Assembly: GCA_964016885.1 (NCBI GenBank) | Contig: OZ024743.1 | Location: 356,562,001 to 356,626,000 of the forward strand | Direction of reading: 5' to 3' | DNA: 64,000 nucleotides | Source of the DNA: Eledone cirrhosa | Lineage: Eukaryota | Shown: positions 39,050 through 52,880 of the stretch, piece by piece | Numbering within the stretch: the stretch's first letter is position 1 | Layout: each line of letters starts with the position of its first letter | Notes under the pieces: generated by a model | Database searches by the model: none | What the model saw: the letters and a program-made list of their open reading frames with translations, nothing else | What the model was told of the DNA's origin: nothing | Position numbers and translations under genes: made by a program

Positions 39050-40652
39050 ATCGTTAGTTAGAGACTTGTAGTATTTTGCGACAATTTTTTATGTTGTAAG
39101 TTCAAATCCAACCGAGGTCAACTTTGCCTTTCATTCTTCAGGGGTCGATAAAATATAGTACCAGTTAAGGGCTGAGTCAATGTAATCTACTAACCCCTTC
39201 CATTGAGATTGCTGGCCTTGTGCGTAAATTAGAAACCATTATTATTATAATGATTATTCTTGTAGCTGTTGTTTTATCCCTTTATATTCTAAGTTCAAAT
39301 CCAGTTGAGGTCAACTTTGCTTCTCCCCTTTTCAGCAGGGTGGGGTTCAATAAAATAAAGTAAGAGTCAAGTACTGGAGTCAGTTTATTTGATAATCCTC
39401 TCCCATTCCCTAACTCCATGGCCTTATGATTATTTTAGAAACACCCTCACCTCATTTTATGCTTATTTTCTCTGCTGGCATAGGTTGGATGGATGCTTAC
39501 CGACCATATTAATACTAAATTGGAGCTACTGTCCTCCTAGAGAGGTTGAGAGACCACATCTCAGTGAATATGTATTGTTGTAATTGCTGTTATTTTTTAG
39601 CTCTAGATCAGTCTTGTGTATATCTAAAACCACATTGTCTGATGCATCTTACCATTATTAAAATGGTATTGTGTGATGGTATAGTGACTATGTAGAGTAG
39701 TCCAAATCTCATCATAGTCAACAAAGTTATAATGAAACATTTGAAGACAGATCAATCCACTATCTTTTTTTTAATTTGTGTTCTCATGCTCATGTTAGAT
39801 ATTATTATTATTATTATTATTAAGAGTTCAAATCCCGCCAAGGTTGACTTTGCCTTTCATCCTTACGGGGTCGATAAAATAAAGTACCAGTAATGCACTG
39901 GGTAATTTGCTGGCCTTGTGCCTAAAGTAGAAACAATTATTATTATTAAGACGGTGGATCGGCAGTATCAGTAGAGCATCAGACACCATGCTTTTGCAGC
40001 ATAAAGTTATGGCCCTTTAGTTTCTGAGTTCAAATTTCGCTGAGGTTAGCTTTTCCTTTTATCCTTACGGGGGTCAATAAAATAAAATACCAGTAATGCA
40101 CGGAGGTCAATTTAATCAATTTCCTTCTCCCCACAAAATTGTTGGCCTTGTGCCTAAATCAGAAATCTATATTATTATTATTATTATTATTACCAGGGCA
40201 GTGGATTAGCAGTATCAGTAGAGCATCAGACACCAAGCTTTGCAGCATAGAGTTATGGCCCTTTACGTTCTGAGTTCAAATCCTGCCGAGATTAACTTTA
40301 CCTTTCATCCTTACAGGGTCAATAAAATAAAGTACCAGTAATGCACTGGATAATTGCTGGCCTTGTGCCAAAAGCAGAAACAATTATTTAATCAACTTTC
40401 CACACCTCTAAAATCGTTCATTATTATTATTGTGGATTGGTAGAACTGTTAGGGCATGAGACAAATGCTTTATGGTGTTTACTCCAGCAATTTACATTCT
40501 AAGTTCAAATCCTGCAGCATTCAGCTTTGCCTGTCATCCTATTTAGATCAATAAAATAAAGTACCAGTCAAGTGCTGTGATTGATTTGATTCTCCTTTCC
40601 CTTAAATTTCTTGGACTTGTGTCTCAATTGGAAACCATTATTACTATTATTA
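39050..40652 (+). mobile_element. Cluster of about 6 co-oriented (ATT)n-tailed tRNA-type SINEs
   Basis: GAGTTCAAATCC.GCCGAGGT..ACTTTGCCTTTCATCCTT.CGGGGTC.ATAAAATAAAGTACCAGT..GCTGGCCTTGTGCC at ~39100, 39291, 39824, 40025, 40271 and 40501. Central domain resembles Meta/Sauria-SINE motifs (from memory, unverified). Confidence 0.85.
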
Positions 40653-41574
40653 TTCTGCTAGCTATAATAGGTCTTTAACTGTTATGATTTAAGCAACTTT
40701 AACTATGGAAAGAATTCAAAAACGTAATCAATATCTTTAACCACATTTCTAATGAAAGAGACTGCCTATGATTTTCAAATAACTATGAAAATAATCATGA
40801 ATTTGAATAGATTAAATGAAATAACTAACTTTTTGCATTATCAAGCTGTTTTGGGAACCTAACTTAACAAAGACTCTTATATAAAATTATGATCAAAAAC
40901 TTTCTGACAGATATATATAAAATAAACAGATTTGTATCAAAGAAGCAGAGACAGTGGCTGGGGTTTGGTACCAAAATGGTTATCATAATGAAAGAAGTTC
41001 AAGTGACCCATTTTCAATAACATTAAATACAGAAATTGAAGACAATCAAAGTCACTATCATAATGAGGCAGTGCATAATTTACGTACTTAAATAAAAATA
41101 TGAACATTCATATAAATCATGGAATTTCCATGAGTGCTCGTAGTAGTTATTTCTTTTTACTCGACATTTCACTGTTGTTCTGAGAGTGTAAAGGCATGTG
41201 GCATAGTGATTAGAGTGTTGGATTCATGAACATAAGCTCATGGGTTCAATTTTTGCACTGAGCAGTGCTTCATATTTTGAACAAGATGCTTCATTTCACA
41301 TTGGTTTTCATGATAGGCCTGCAGCCCCTGTCTTTAAAACACCCAAGAAACCTATTAGATACAACTTTGTAGGAAGCAAGCTAAACTGTATACATCATCA
41401 TTGCTTAATTTCTCCTAGCACACATACATACATGTATGTATCCAAAAAGTAAATAGAAAACAACACAGCAAACAACAGAGGGCAATGAAGAAATATATTA
41501 GTCTAAAGCTTGATATAGTAGGAAAAGAGTCTTAATGTTTATCAGAAGATAGAATAGATATATATGTATACATG

Positions 41575-41857
41575 CAGTGTACCCCCAGCATCATGGAAAC
41601 CACCGCATATTTGCGGAATCGTAATTATCTTTTGCGATTTTTTTTAATGAATTTCTTTTTGTGGCAATATATATATTTTTAACGCTAAATTATTAATAAC
41701 AATATACCATATCTGCCGGCATACTGGACGACCCTTCACATAAGACGTTCATGCTTTTTTTATTATATTTTACGTTATATTTTAACATTTATAGGCATTT
41801 TTATGGACCGCGTCGAATTTCGCAGGTGCTCTAGGAACGTTACCCCCGCAAATACTA

Positions 41858-41862
<5 letters not shown>
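41575..41862. mobile_element. Possible Tc1/mariner (Tigger-like) MITE, degenerate
   Basis: Starts CAGTGTACCCCC..TATTTGCGG and ends CCCCGCAAATACTAGGACAC; imperfect terminal symmetry. Confidence 0.45.
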
Positions 41863-41894
<32 letters not shown>

Positions 41895-41897
<3 letters not shown>

Positions 41898-42323
41898 CAT
41901 CATCATCATCATTTTACGTCCATTCTTCCATGCTAGCATGAGTTAGACGGGTTGTCCTGTTGTGGGCAGTGTCCAGTCGGCTGACCTTGTCTAGCTCATA
42001 CGGAACTGATTTAGCCTTAATTTCTACAGCTGGATGCCATTCCTAACACCAACCTCATTTACAGTGAGTGCTGGGTGCTTTTTTTCCGTGGCGCCTACAC
42101 GTCCACTTTACAGTGTGGGCTGGGTGATTTTTTGCCGTGGCACCTCCACGACCACTTTGCAGTGGAATGATAGGGACCCCCAGTCCTATCATCTCATTTC
42201 TACAGCCGAGTAAACTGGAGCAATGTGAAATAAAGTGTCTTACTCAAGGAAACAACACATCATCCGGTCCGAGAATTGAACTCACAACCTTTCGATTGCA
42301 AGTCCACTAAGCCATGCGCCTTC
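41895..42323 (-). mobile_element. CORE-type SINE with two body modules and family-2 tail
   Basis: Reverse complement of the 34842 SINE with an extra ~47-nt module and a short deletion in the head. Confidence 0.9.
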
Positions 42324-42432
42324 ATATATATATATATATATATATACATCTGTATGTGGTTGACGGCTGAAAGAAAAGAGTACCCACTACTGAAGAAGAG
42401 TTTAAATATTCATTTTATTAAGGCTAAATAGT

Positions 42433-42478
42433 GAGTCTTGTTACTCTAGAGTTTCGCCTGTTTATTACAGGGTCATCT
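42433..42478 (-). ncRNA. 5'-truncated hammerhead motif
   Basis: Minus strand GATGA-C-CCTGT-aataa-ACAGG-C-GAAAC-TCTAGA-GTA. Palindromic stem III; 5' side replaced by (CA)n. Confidence 0.55.
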
Positions 42479-42615
42479 CACACACACACACACACACATT
42501 CGGAGATGCTCTGCTGCAACAATAACACCTATTTCGCAGGCCATCTTTGAATCAAATATTTTCTATATTCTCTGTGTTTCCGTAATTCCCTCATTGATTA
42601 ACTAATTTTGCAATC

Positions 42616-42674
42616 CACACCTGATGATGTCGCGAGGATCATATGTAACCAGGCCATTGAAATAAATATAGTGT
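42616..42674 (+). ncRNA. Degenerate type-I hammerhead motif
   Basis: ACAC-CTGATGA-(decayed stem II)-GAAAT-AAAT-ATA-GTGT; AATAAA just downstream. Confidence 0.5.
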
Positions 42675-43762
42675 TTTTTATAACAATAAAACTTTAAAGG
42701 AATATTTCCAGTCCAACCTTCTGGTATTTAAATCAAATTAATATTTAACTCCATCCCTGCATCAACCACAGGATTCAAATATCAACGAGTTGTGCAACAC
42801 AGTGTGTCTTTCCTACTATTATATTATGGTTAACTAAATGGAATAACTAGATCAAGCTATTGGTGAACCACAAAACAAATGTGTATGTGTGTGTATATGC
42901 ACATATATGTACAAACGCATATATATATACACACACATACATACATACACAGATATATATACATACATATAGCTATGTAAAATCATGACCGCTGTGCCGA
43001 ATGGTTTCGTCTTGTGTGTTCAAGGATTGTATATATCTCTATACCCACTCTGTATCTACCCGTGCATTAAGTACTCCCATGATTAGTGGTCTCCCCAGTC
43101 TCAGCACTGCAGACTATGTATACATACATACACACACACCCACAAACAATTATATATATATACATACACATATACATACATACACATAAATATATATATA
43201 CACATATACACATATATATACATATACACATATATATACATACATATATATATATACATATATATACATACATATATATACATATATATATATACATATA
43301 TATATATACATATATATATTACATATATATATATACATATATATATTACATATATATATATACATATATATATTACATATATATATATTACATATATATA
43401 TATATTACATATATATATATATACATATATATACATACATATATATACATATACATACATACATATACATACATACATATATATACATATACATACATAC
43501 ATATATATACATATATATACATACATACATGTACATATATATACATACATACATGTACATATATATACATACATACATGTACATATATATACATACATGT
43601 ACATATATACATATATATACATATACATATACATATGCATACATACATGTACATATATATACATACATGTACATATATATACATATACATACAAACATAT
43701 ACACATACACATATATATACATACAAACATATACACATACACATATATATATACATACAAAC

Positions 43763-43803
<41 letters not shown>

Positions 43804-43956
43804 TATATATATACACATATATATATATATATATACATACATACACATATATGAACACAATTTATCCAATCATTCATTTTATACTCTGCAATTTACAATG
43901 TATGAAACATAATAATATCTGTGGCATGTCTTAGTGTATAGGGCAACAAACATGAA

Positions 43957-44006
<50 letters not shown>

Positions 44007-44089
44007 TATATACATATATATATATTATAATAATAATAATAATAGTTATTTTAATAAATGTTTGTGTGTGTGTGTGTGTGTCTGTGTCT

Positions 44090-44121
<32 letters not shown>

Positions 44122-44466
44122 TTCTGTTTCTATATATAAATAATTATATATTGGTAATCGGCAAATGTTGTGGCAGACAAACAAACCAATAAATAAACTA
44201 TCGGATTATTTATTAATCACTGGATTTGGGATTTCTTAATATGATGTTTCTGCTGCAGCCAATATTTCAGACTTTTTCAATATCAAACAATTAGGGAGAT
44301 TAAAGAGTGTTGTTTATTTATTGCTATTGTTGCTGCTGGCGGTGGTGGTGGTGATGGTGGAGTGCCCACAGGGCGACAGGGAGAGGCAGATTGCTGACAG
44401 GAAAACAGAATAAATATCAACACATATCTACACAATGAAACACATACTTATGTATGTGTGTATATA

Positions 44467-44504
<38 letters not shown>

Positions 44505-45049
44505 GATATATATAGATATAGATATATATATGTATACTATATACATACTATATAAGATATAGATGGTTAAATAGAGAGAAAAATAAAGGAAAATAAAGGA
44601 AAAGATGGAAAAAATGTTTTTTTTTCCAATGTACATAGTCAAGTAAATATACACACACACACATCAATATTCAATGTATATATTATATTTTCAAGTATAA
44701 GAAGCAATGTTTTTTGGCTCACACACAAATACATCCACACATTCATACACACACACATATATGATGATGATGATATATATATATATTCACACATATGCAC
44801 ACATATTCACACACAGATATATGATGATTATATATATATATTCACACACATGAACACATATTCACACACACACACACACACATATATATATTATACATAT
44901 ATATATATATATTGCAAGCAGAGAAAAGCGGACATATGATGATGCTGATGATACACATACATGTAAAAGGTAAACGTAATAAAAACACAATCGGTACAGC
45001 ATATGGAAGGAATATATTAGTTTAATGCTTGAAATAGCCCCTCTATATA

Positions 45050-46328
45050 CAGGGTGCGGACGATATTTGTTCGCAATTTTCAACTGCTAATTTTATGTAA
45101 ATTTATTTTACTTCTGTTGTCACTCTTGTCTTCATAAAAACAGTGACTATATTTCCATTATTTATTTTCAGAATAATTGATTATGAATAATTTTGAACCT
45201 CCAATTTTGTGGTAGAGACACGGAGTTCTTCTTGGAATCCGCGCCAGGAGGACAAATAAAGAAATTTCAGACTTTCTCAGCGTCAGCAGGAGAATGCTGG
45301 AAAAGGTCAGAAAGGAATTGGAAGATTCAGGATTCGACTACGAAGCAACATCAGAGAAGAAGACACATGATCGACGATCTGACGCCTTCAGAACGCCCGA
45401 GTTCGTTGCTGAAGTTCAGAATATCATCAACAATGTACCTAGCAAGTCGATGCATGCCATTGCAAGGGAGAACGGTGTGGATGAAAAGCTCATTAGGCTG
45501 GTGGTACATGAAGACATTCGCTATGTTTCATACAAGATGAGGAAAGGACAATTTCTGTCAAAGGCGATGCAAGAAAAGCGACTGAAGCACACAAAGAAGC
45601 TGATCAACAAGTTGAAACGCCCACTGGAGCCAACATGCTGTGGTTTTTCTCCGACGAGAAAACTTCTGCCAAGACCAGAAGATCAACTCCCAGAACAGGT
45701 GGCTCGCTGTCTCATCCAAAGACGTGCCCAGAGTCATGCAGACAAAGTTTCCAGCGACAACATTGGTCTGAGGTGACGTCATGCCACCTCACTTCTTCCC
45801 TGAGGGCCTCAAGCTGAACACCGATGGTTACATCCGCTTTCTGAGCGAGGTAGTAAAGCCCTGTATCGACCAGGTAGCTGCAGGTAGGCCGTACGTGTGG
45901 CAGCGAGACTCAGCGCCCTGCCATACCAGCCAAAAGACCCAAGCCTGGCTGTCAGAGAACTTCGTCGAACACACTTCACCCGACATCTGGCATCCTAGCT
46001 CGCCTGACTGCAACCCCCTCGACTTCTTTGTGTGGGGCGCAGTGGAACAAGACACCAACAGATCTAGCTGCAATACGAAAGATGATCTGAAGGCCAGGAT
46101 CACAAGTGCCTTTAGGGGTCTAAGTCGAGGGACAATGACGAAGGCCTATAGCCAATTCCGAGGCCGCCTTGAGGCCATCATCAAAGCCAATGGCAGGTTT
46201 ATCGAGTGAGATTGAAAGCAACAAGTCATGAAGACAAACTGACCCAAGTTTGATAAATAAATCTTAAAAAATAAAACTACTGTGTTATTTTTTCCTAGAC
46301 AGTAATCTTGCGAACAAATATCGTTCGC

Positions 46329-46334
<6 letters not shown>
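45050..46334 (+). mobile_element. maT-type (DD37D) Tc1/mariner element, inactive
   Basis: TA flanks and a 27-bp TIR CAGGGTGCGGACGATATTTGTTCGCAA (2 mismatches). WFFSDEK, WQRDSAPCH-37 aa-D (SPDCNPLDF); frameshifted. Confidence 0.93.
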
Positions 46335-46382
<48 letters not shown>

Positions 46383-46618
46383 AATGCGCATGCAAAAATG
46401 CATACATATATATACACATGTATGTATGTACACAGAGACCATATTTTTCGATATAGAAAAAAAATTTTTTTTTAATTCAAAATTTGATTTCAAGATCTGC
46501 TTATTTCCCATATACCAAAGAATAATCTTAAATGTTGTTAACTTTTTTGACTTCAAAACACAGATGCATCTTATATACTGACATATCTTATATTGCAAAA
46601 ATTACAGGGCATATATTT

Positions 46619-46658
<40 letters not shown>

Positions 46659-46978
46659 TGTATATAAATACCTTACTTCAAGTTAATATTCCACATTTTT
46701 ACTTCACTTCCATTTTACACATTCACAAAAATTTGTTTTGATTTAATCATCAAAATAAATTTAATTTTCAAAGTCCTGTACCATGTACAAGACATCATTG
46801 AAAAGTACGAAACATCACTGTGACTGCACCACATCAGCAATTATTCTTTAACTTTAAAATTATTTCTTATATTTGAATTAACAAACCACATTTTTTGTTA
46901 AATCATTACATAACTTAAAATGCAGAAGATTAACAATGTCCCAACATATATACATATATATATTAAAAAATCCTTTAA

Positions 46979-47283
46979 CCCTTTAGTATTTACATTATAT
47001 ATACTGTTATACTTTGCCTTTCACCCTTACGGGGTCGATAAAAATAAAGTACCAGTAATACACTGAAATAATTGCTGGCCTTGTGCCAAAAGTAGAAACA
47101 ATTATATATACTGTTATATTTTCATGGTAAAAGCTTTATCTTACATAATATCGAGTCTGAGATTTTGATATTTATTTTGAGAACAATACCTTAACATAAG
47201 TATGAGTGGCCAGTTACAGGTAGTTTGAACTGAAAGAGGTGAGAGAATTCTGGCCAGATACAGCCAGTTTAAATACTAAAGGG
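46979..47283. mobile_element. piggyBac MITE interrupted by a 5'-truncated SINE (47012-47100)
   Basis: TTAA on both sides and TIR CCCTTTAGTATTTA. The SINE is flanked by the 18-bp duplication ATTATATATACTGTTATA. Confidence 0.92.
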
Positions 47284-48424
47284 TTAAACAAAATTATAAG
47301 TAATTCAATTAAATGATTTCTTTATTGTTATTCAATTAATATACACTTTTTTTAGGTTATGCAACTAATTTTTTTAAAAATACAATAGAATAAAAAGGTA
47401 CAGCACCAATTTTCTGGCAACTGTTGGTCTGGCACCATATCTAATCTGGACATAATTATGAGTGGACACTTGAATCTGCTGCCCACCCCTTCATTCCCAC
47501 TAGAGTAGTTTTGATTGCATTTATCTGTAGTTATGGTTTTCCAACAGAGTACAAGTGTCAAAATGTTTGTGTCTATATTATTATAGCTAACTCTTAACAT
47601 CCTATACCATATGAAACCACATTAGCAAAAAATTATTGGAAAATACAAAACAGCACTATGACTGCATCACATTACGTTACTCTAATAGTGTACATGTTCA
47701 TAGTGATCTTTGCAGTAGTAAAGAGACAATAAATATTTGAATTAACAAACACAATTTTAGAGATGATTTTTTTGTTTTGTTTTTGGGGGCTAAATCATTA
47801 CAGGATATTTAAGAGTTAAAATGTAGAGAGTGTACTTAATATATCTCAAATTATTAAACAAAGGTCTATTGCAGAGGTTTCATGGTAAAAAAAAATTATT
47901 AATAAAATAGCGAAAGTCTCCTAGGAATTTATCCAGAATTATTATCATTTGATATCTATTAGTTGGGCAAAATGGATAATTTAACATAAGTCTGGAACTA
48001 AAGGTGCTAGAAACTTTATGCCATACATATATGGTATTACTGTTTGTTAGATTTTGAATTCTATAAAACAGTCCTCAATACTTGACTGCTTTGCTTTCTT
48101 CTTACTATCCTTTAATTCTCTTATAAGAAAATTCAGTGCTCCCATTGCACACTTTTAGTTTTCATGCTTCATACAAATTTTGGGACATTTCCGAAAGTCA
48201 CTCGGATACACAAGCTGTTTCACTATGGCTTCTACTATGTTGGTAAAAATCGTTATCTGAAATAAACACTTGTAGTTCAGTTAACACTTTAAGGTCTTCA
48301 AAAATACATACATATGTGTATTGTGTGTCATGAGCATTGTTTTAACATCTGCTTTCCCTGCTAGTAATGGTTGGACAGGTCTACATAGACCAAGTCAGTA
48401 CTGAAGCAGGACTATTGATCTCCC

Positions 48425-48518
48425 AGACAGGCCAGGGTTCTTCATCTCACATATGATCTGACATTCTACCGAGACAGGCCAGGGTTCTTCATCTCACATA
48501 TGATCTGACGTTCTACTG
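48425..48518. repeat. 47-bp tandem duplication
   Basis: AGACAGGCCAGGGTTCTTCATCTCACATATGATCTGAC.TTCTAC.G occurs twice. Confidence 0.92.
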
Positions 48519-48840
48519 AGAGCACAGAAGTTGTGATGTCTTTGACACAATTGAAGCGTCCACCCATACATAAAAATGACTAAAGCAGTTTTGATGTTGT
48601 AGGATGTATTGCACGCATAAAAAAAGAAAACTACATTGTTCTTAAAAAATGACTTGCCTGTTTTGTTCATTCAATAAGCCATAAAAAAGGGATATCAACC
48701 TTCAACAAAAATCTTGTAGACAGATAAGTCAAAGTTTAACTTGTTCAGATTTGATGGCCATTATATATGTGCATGTGCATGTATTAGTGAAATTAGTGTA
48801 TGATGATGTGTATATGTGTATATATAATCATCATTATTTT

Positions 48841-49002
48841 TCGGACGCCATGCTTTCCAGCATAGTTACGTCCCTTTACGATCTGAGTTCAAATCCCGCC
48901 GAGGTTGACTTTGCCTTTCATCCTTACGGGGTCGATAAAATAAAGTACCAGTAATACTCGGAGATAATTGCTGGCCTTGTGCCAAAAGTAGAAACAATTA
49001 TT
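48841..49002 (+). mobile_element. (ATT)n-family SINE inserted in an old RTE tail stub
   Basis: Near-consensus body with ATTATTT on both sides. Confidence 0.82.
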
Positions 49003-49386
49003 TAACATCTATTTTACCACACATGCATGGGCTAGATGGGTTGTAAATGACTCCTTTTTCAAAAATGGAGGCAGGGTTGAAGAGGACCCTCGGAGTTACA
49101 GATAAGTACCTCCCAGTTATTAAAAAGCACCTGCTGGTGATTGTGAAGAATTTTTTTACTATGTGTTTTTTATGGGTTTTCAACTAATCTGACATGCTTG
49201 CAATTGCGTTCTTTTGTGGAAATGGAATTGGTGAAGGGGGGGACCTAGGATTTTCTCAGCCTCCGAGATTTCTTTAGTGAGAATAATCTAGGCGGCAAGA
49301 GAAGGAGACCCTCAAAGTTACAGGTAATCACCTCTCAGCCATTTAAATTTATAGGATACTTTGATCCTTCGTCATTTTCTACTATT

Positions 49387-49971
49387 GTGGAAGAGTTCCC
49401 CAGTTTCGAAATCCACCATTCCAACGAAGAGTGACTGTGAGAGAGAGAACAATCCCTACCCCCTAAAATATCACAGTGAATGCCATCAACAAAATTCTCT
49501 CATAAATGATCCCTCGAGGTCGCCATCGACAATGTTGTCGATGGGGTCAAAGTAGTTCTTTATTATCTGTTGAATTTCTCAACTGTCTAGAAACATAATT
49601 GAAAAAGGGCACAGTGATCATACTTCTCAGAAACCTGGATTAGCCATGATTGTGCAATGGGACACGTATGGTTGCAACTGAACTACATTCTCACATTATC
49701 AAAGCCAAAATCCTCACTGAATGTGAAAAGGGAGACATTGTATACCTTTCATTTCAAATGATCGCAATTCCTAGTGAAAGCCAGTTACACAATGACTAGC
49801 CCTAAGGTTGGTCAAACACTGCAGGTTGTCAGTCTCCATCTAGAAGGCTGTTTCTCACATGGTCAATTGTATGAAGGTTGATCCAGAGTGGGAAGCCTTC
49901 ACAAACTTTTCATATATGTTCCAAAAGAAGAAAAAAAAGCTAAAAGCGTTGTATATACTGAGGTTCTGTAA
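49387..49971 (+). pseudogene. Helitron Rep/Hel PIF1-type helicase C-terminal relic
   Basis: Manual translation through stops and frameshifts: ERTIPTP*N..VNAIN; VEFLNCL; LKKGTVIILLRNLD*P*LCNGTR; FK*SQFLVKASYTMTSPKVGQTL; CFSHGQLYEG*SRV; KSVVYTEVL*. Confidence 0.88.
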
Positions 49972-50139
49972 ATGTTTTATAATTATTGTAGAATATATTT
50001 TTTCTAATATTTTCCTTATATAGACATTCTAAATATTTAGATATTCTAAAACATATTAACACGTTTTATTTGAAGGGAAATAGGTGCCCTAAGATAAGAT
50101 TTGAACACAGTACAAACCGGGATAAAGGTGCAGTGGCAG

Positions 50140-50178
<39 letters not shown>

Positions 50179-50237
50179 TATATAATCCTTATCGAGCCCT
50201 CTGCGGATTTTAGTCTTTCACATTTATTATTATTATT

Positions 50238-50277
<40 letters not shown>

Positions 50278-50292
50278 TATAGATATATATAT

Positions 50293-50327
<35 letters not shown>

Positions 50328-50330
<3 letters not shown>

Positions 50331-50678
50331 TCATCATCATCATTTCATCATCATTTCCTTTTATGTCCGCTTTTTCCCTGCTTACAAAGGTGAGACGGGA
50401 ACTGATTCTGGCTTGATTTCTGCAACTGGATGCCCTACCTAACACCAATTTCATTTCTACAGCTGGATGCCCTTCCTAACACCAATCTCATTTCAAGTGA
50501 GTGCTTTTTTGAGGTGGCGCCGCCACGACCACTTTACAATGGAATGATTTGGAACCCAGTCCCTGTCATCTCATTTCTAGAGCTGAGTAAACTGGAGCAA
50601 TGTGAAAATAAAGTGTCTTGCTCAAGGAAACAACACATCACCCGGTCTGAGAATTGAACTCACAACCTTTCCATTACA
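50328..50678 (-). mobile_element. CORE-type SINE, head truncated, internal duplication of the GGATGCCC module
   Basis: Reverse complement of the 27965 type. Confidence 0.85.
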
Positions 50679-50786
50679 AATATATATATATAGATACATA
50701 TACATATATATATATATATATATATACATATAGATACATATATATAAATATACATATATATATGTATATACATATCGATACATATA

Positions 50787-51222
50787 CTGGCAATGGACTT
50801 GGTAAACACCCACAAAGTTATTAACCATCTCGCCAACAACAACCCTGAGCACCTTTTTGATCTCCATGTGTCTAACACACGTGGACGTGCCTACAAAATC
50901 AGAAAACAGCACAGCTCCCATGTCTTTCGGAAACATATTTTCACGCTCAGAGTTACTGAAGCCTGGAACAAACTGCCTGTGTCAGTTGTTAGCTGCCGAG
51001 ACACTGCATCCTTTAAAACCCTCATGCTTCCCAAAATTCCCCAAAACTACACCTGATGTACCATTTCCATACACATGCACACATGTGTATATCATGACTC
51101 ATGCACTGTTCATTTTCCTGACGTTTGTACATTACCCTATGTACTATACATACACTTTTCGATGAGTTGTAGTGCACCTGAGCACTGTACACAATATTTC
51201 ATTATTATTATTATTATTATTA
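50787..51222 (+). mobile_element. CR1-clade LINE 3' end
   Basis: NTRGRAYKI..RKHIFTLRV..WNKLP..VV....SFK is a typical CR1 ORF2 C-terminus; (ATT)n tail. Confidence 0.88.
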
Positions 51223-51247
51223 TACATATAAATATATAAATATACAT

Positions 51248-52282
51248 TAGCAGCAAGTGCCCATAGAATACTAGCTCATTCCATTGCACAGATGGTTCTA
51301 TAGAAATAGTGGACAGCTTCCGTTACCTGGGTGACAAAATCATCAGTGGCGGAGGGTGCTCTGAAAGTACAGTAGCTAGAGTCAGAACTGGAAAAAGTTC
51401 AGAGAGCTTATACCACTATTAGCCGCTAAAGGGTTCTCTCTAAAAATGAAAGGCAGGCTGTATGATGCCTGCATACGAACAGCAATGTTACATGGCAGTG
51501 AGGCTTGGGCATTGTGTGCAGAGGATATAAGCAGACTGGAGAGGAACGAAGCTTGCATACTCCGCTGGATGTGTAATAGTAATATACGTGAAGGGCAAAG
51601 CATAAGCGAACTAGGGAAAAATTAGAAATAAGAGGGATCAGATGTTGTTTACTCGAGAGAAGACTACGTTGGTACGGTCACGTGATGCACATGAAAGACG
51701 ACAGCTGTATAAAAAAGTGCAGGGCAATAAAAATAGACGGTAGCCACGGAGTAGGCAGACCCAGAAAAACCTGGGACGACTTGATAAATTCCGACCTCAC
51801 ACACTTACACCTCTCCAAGACAATGTCACTGGACCGAGATCTTTGGCGCTACACAGTAATGCAGAAGACCCGCCTTACCTAAGTACAAAGTGAAACCTAC
51901 TACAGTCAGTAGGCACCTCTAACAAAAATACACCCTCGTCCTACTAACCCCACCCCATCCACACCACCCCTTTCAATGTAAAGTTATGTTATGTTGGTAC
52001 CACAACATCCAGTCCGAAACAAATAAGGTCGTGCAGGTGTCACGACAAAAAAACACAAAGTCCACGCTGTAATGTGGCCGTGTAGGTAACACGGTAAAAA
52101 CCTCCCAGTTCCACACTGTAAACGTGGTTGGTGTTAGGAAGGGCATCCAGCCGTAGAAAACCTGCCAGACAGTCCTATGCGAGCAAGACAACCACTCTTG
52201 CCTCAAGTGGGAAAACTCCCGTCCAAACCCATGCAAGCGTGGAAGATGGACGTTAAATGATGATGATGATGATGATGATGAT
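51248..52282 (+). mobile_element. RTE family-1 3' kilobase, frameshifted
   Basis: [20 protein letters not shown], 3' UTR and (GAT)n tail. Confidence 0.92.
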
Positions 52283-52407
52283 ACACTGACACACGTATGT
52301 ATATATATATATATAAATATATACACACAAACATATATATATATATGCATATATATATATATATGCACATGTATATCTAAACATATATACAGTTATATAT
52401 ATACGTA

Positions 52408-52453
<46 letters not shown>

Positions 52454-52512
52454 AACATACATATATATATATATACACATATATATATATACATTTATTT
52501 ATACATGCATAC

Positions 52513-52548
<36 letters not shown>

Positions 52549-52748
52549 TTAAATATATATACATATAAATATATATACATATCTTTATATATGCATCTAA
52601 CTATATATACAAATATTTATACACACATATATAAATATATATATATATATTTAAAGATATATACATATAAATATATTTACATATAAATAAATGTACATAT
52701 AAATATATAAACAGATATTTAAATATACATATATATATATATTATATA

Positions 52749-52880
52749 AATTGAGAGGAACAGAATAAACAAATATAAAACAATTCATTAAAAAATTAAA
52801 ATGAACAGGTAGATATTAAAAAATCATTTTTTAATTTTTTTTAAGTTGTTTAATATTTGTTTGTTCTGCTCATCTCAATT
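52749..52880. repeat. Diverged ~56-bp inverted repeat
   Basis: AATTGAGAGGAACAGAATAAACAAATAT... versus ...ATATTTGTTTGTTCTGCTCATCTCAATT. Confidence 0.75.

Noticed and set aside
39050-40652. CRISPR-like repeat/spacer periodicity
   Set aside because: Units are diverged SINEs of unequal length in eukaryotic DNA; no cas genes.
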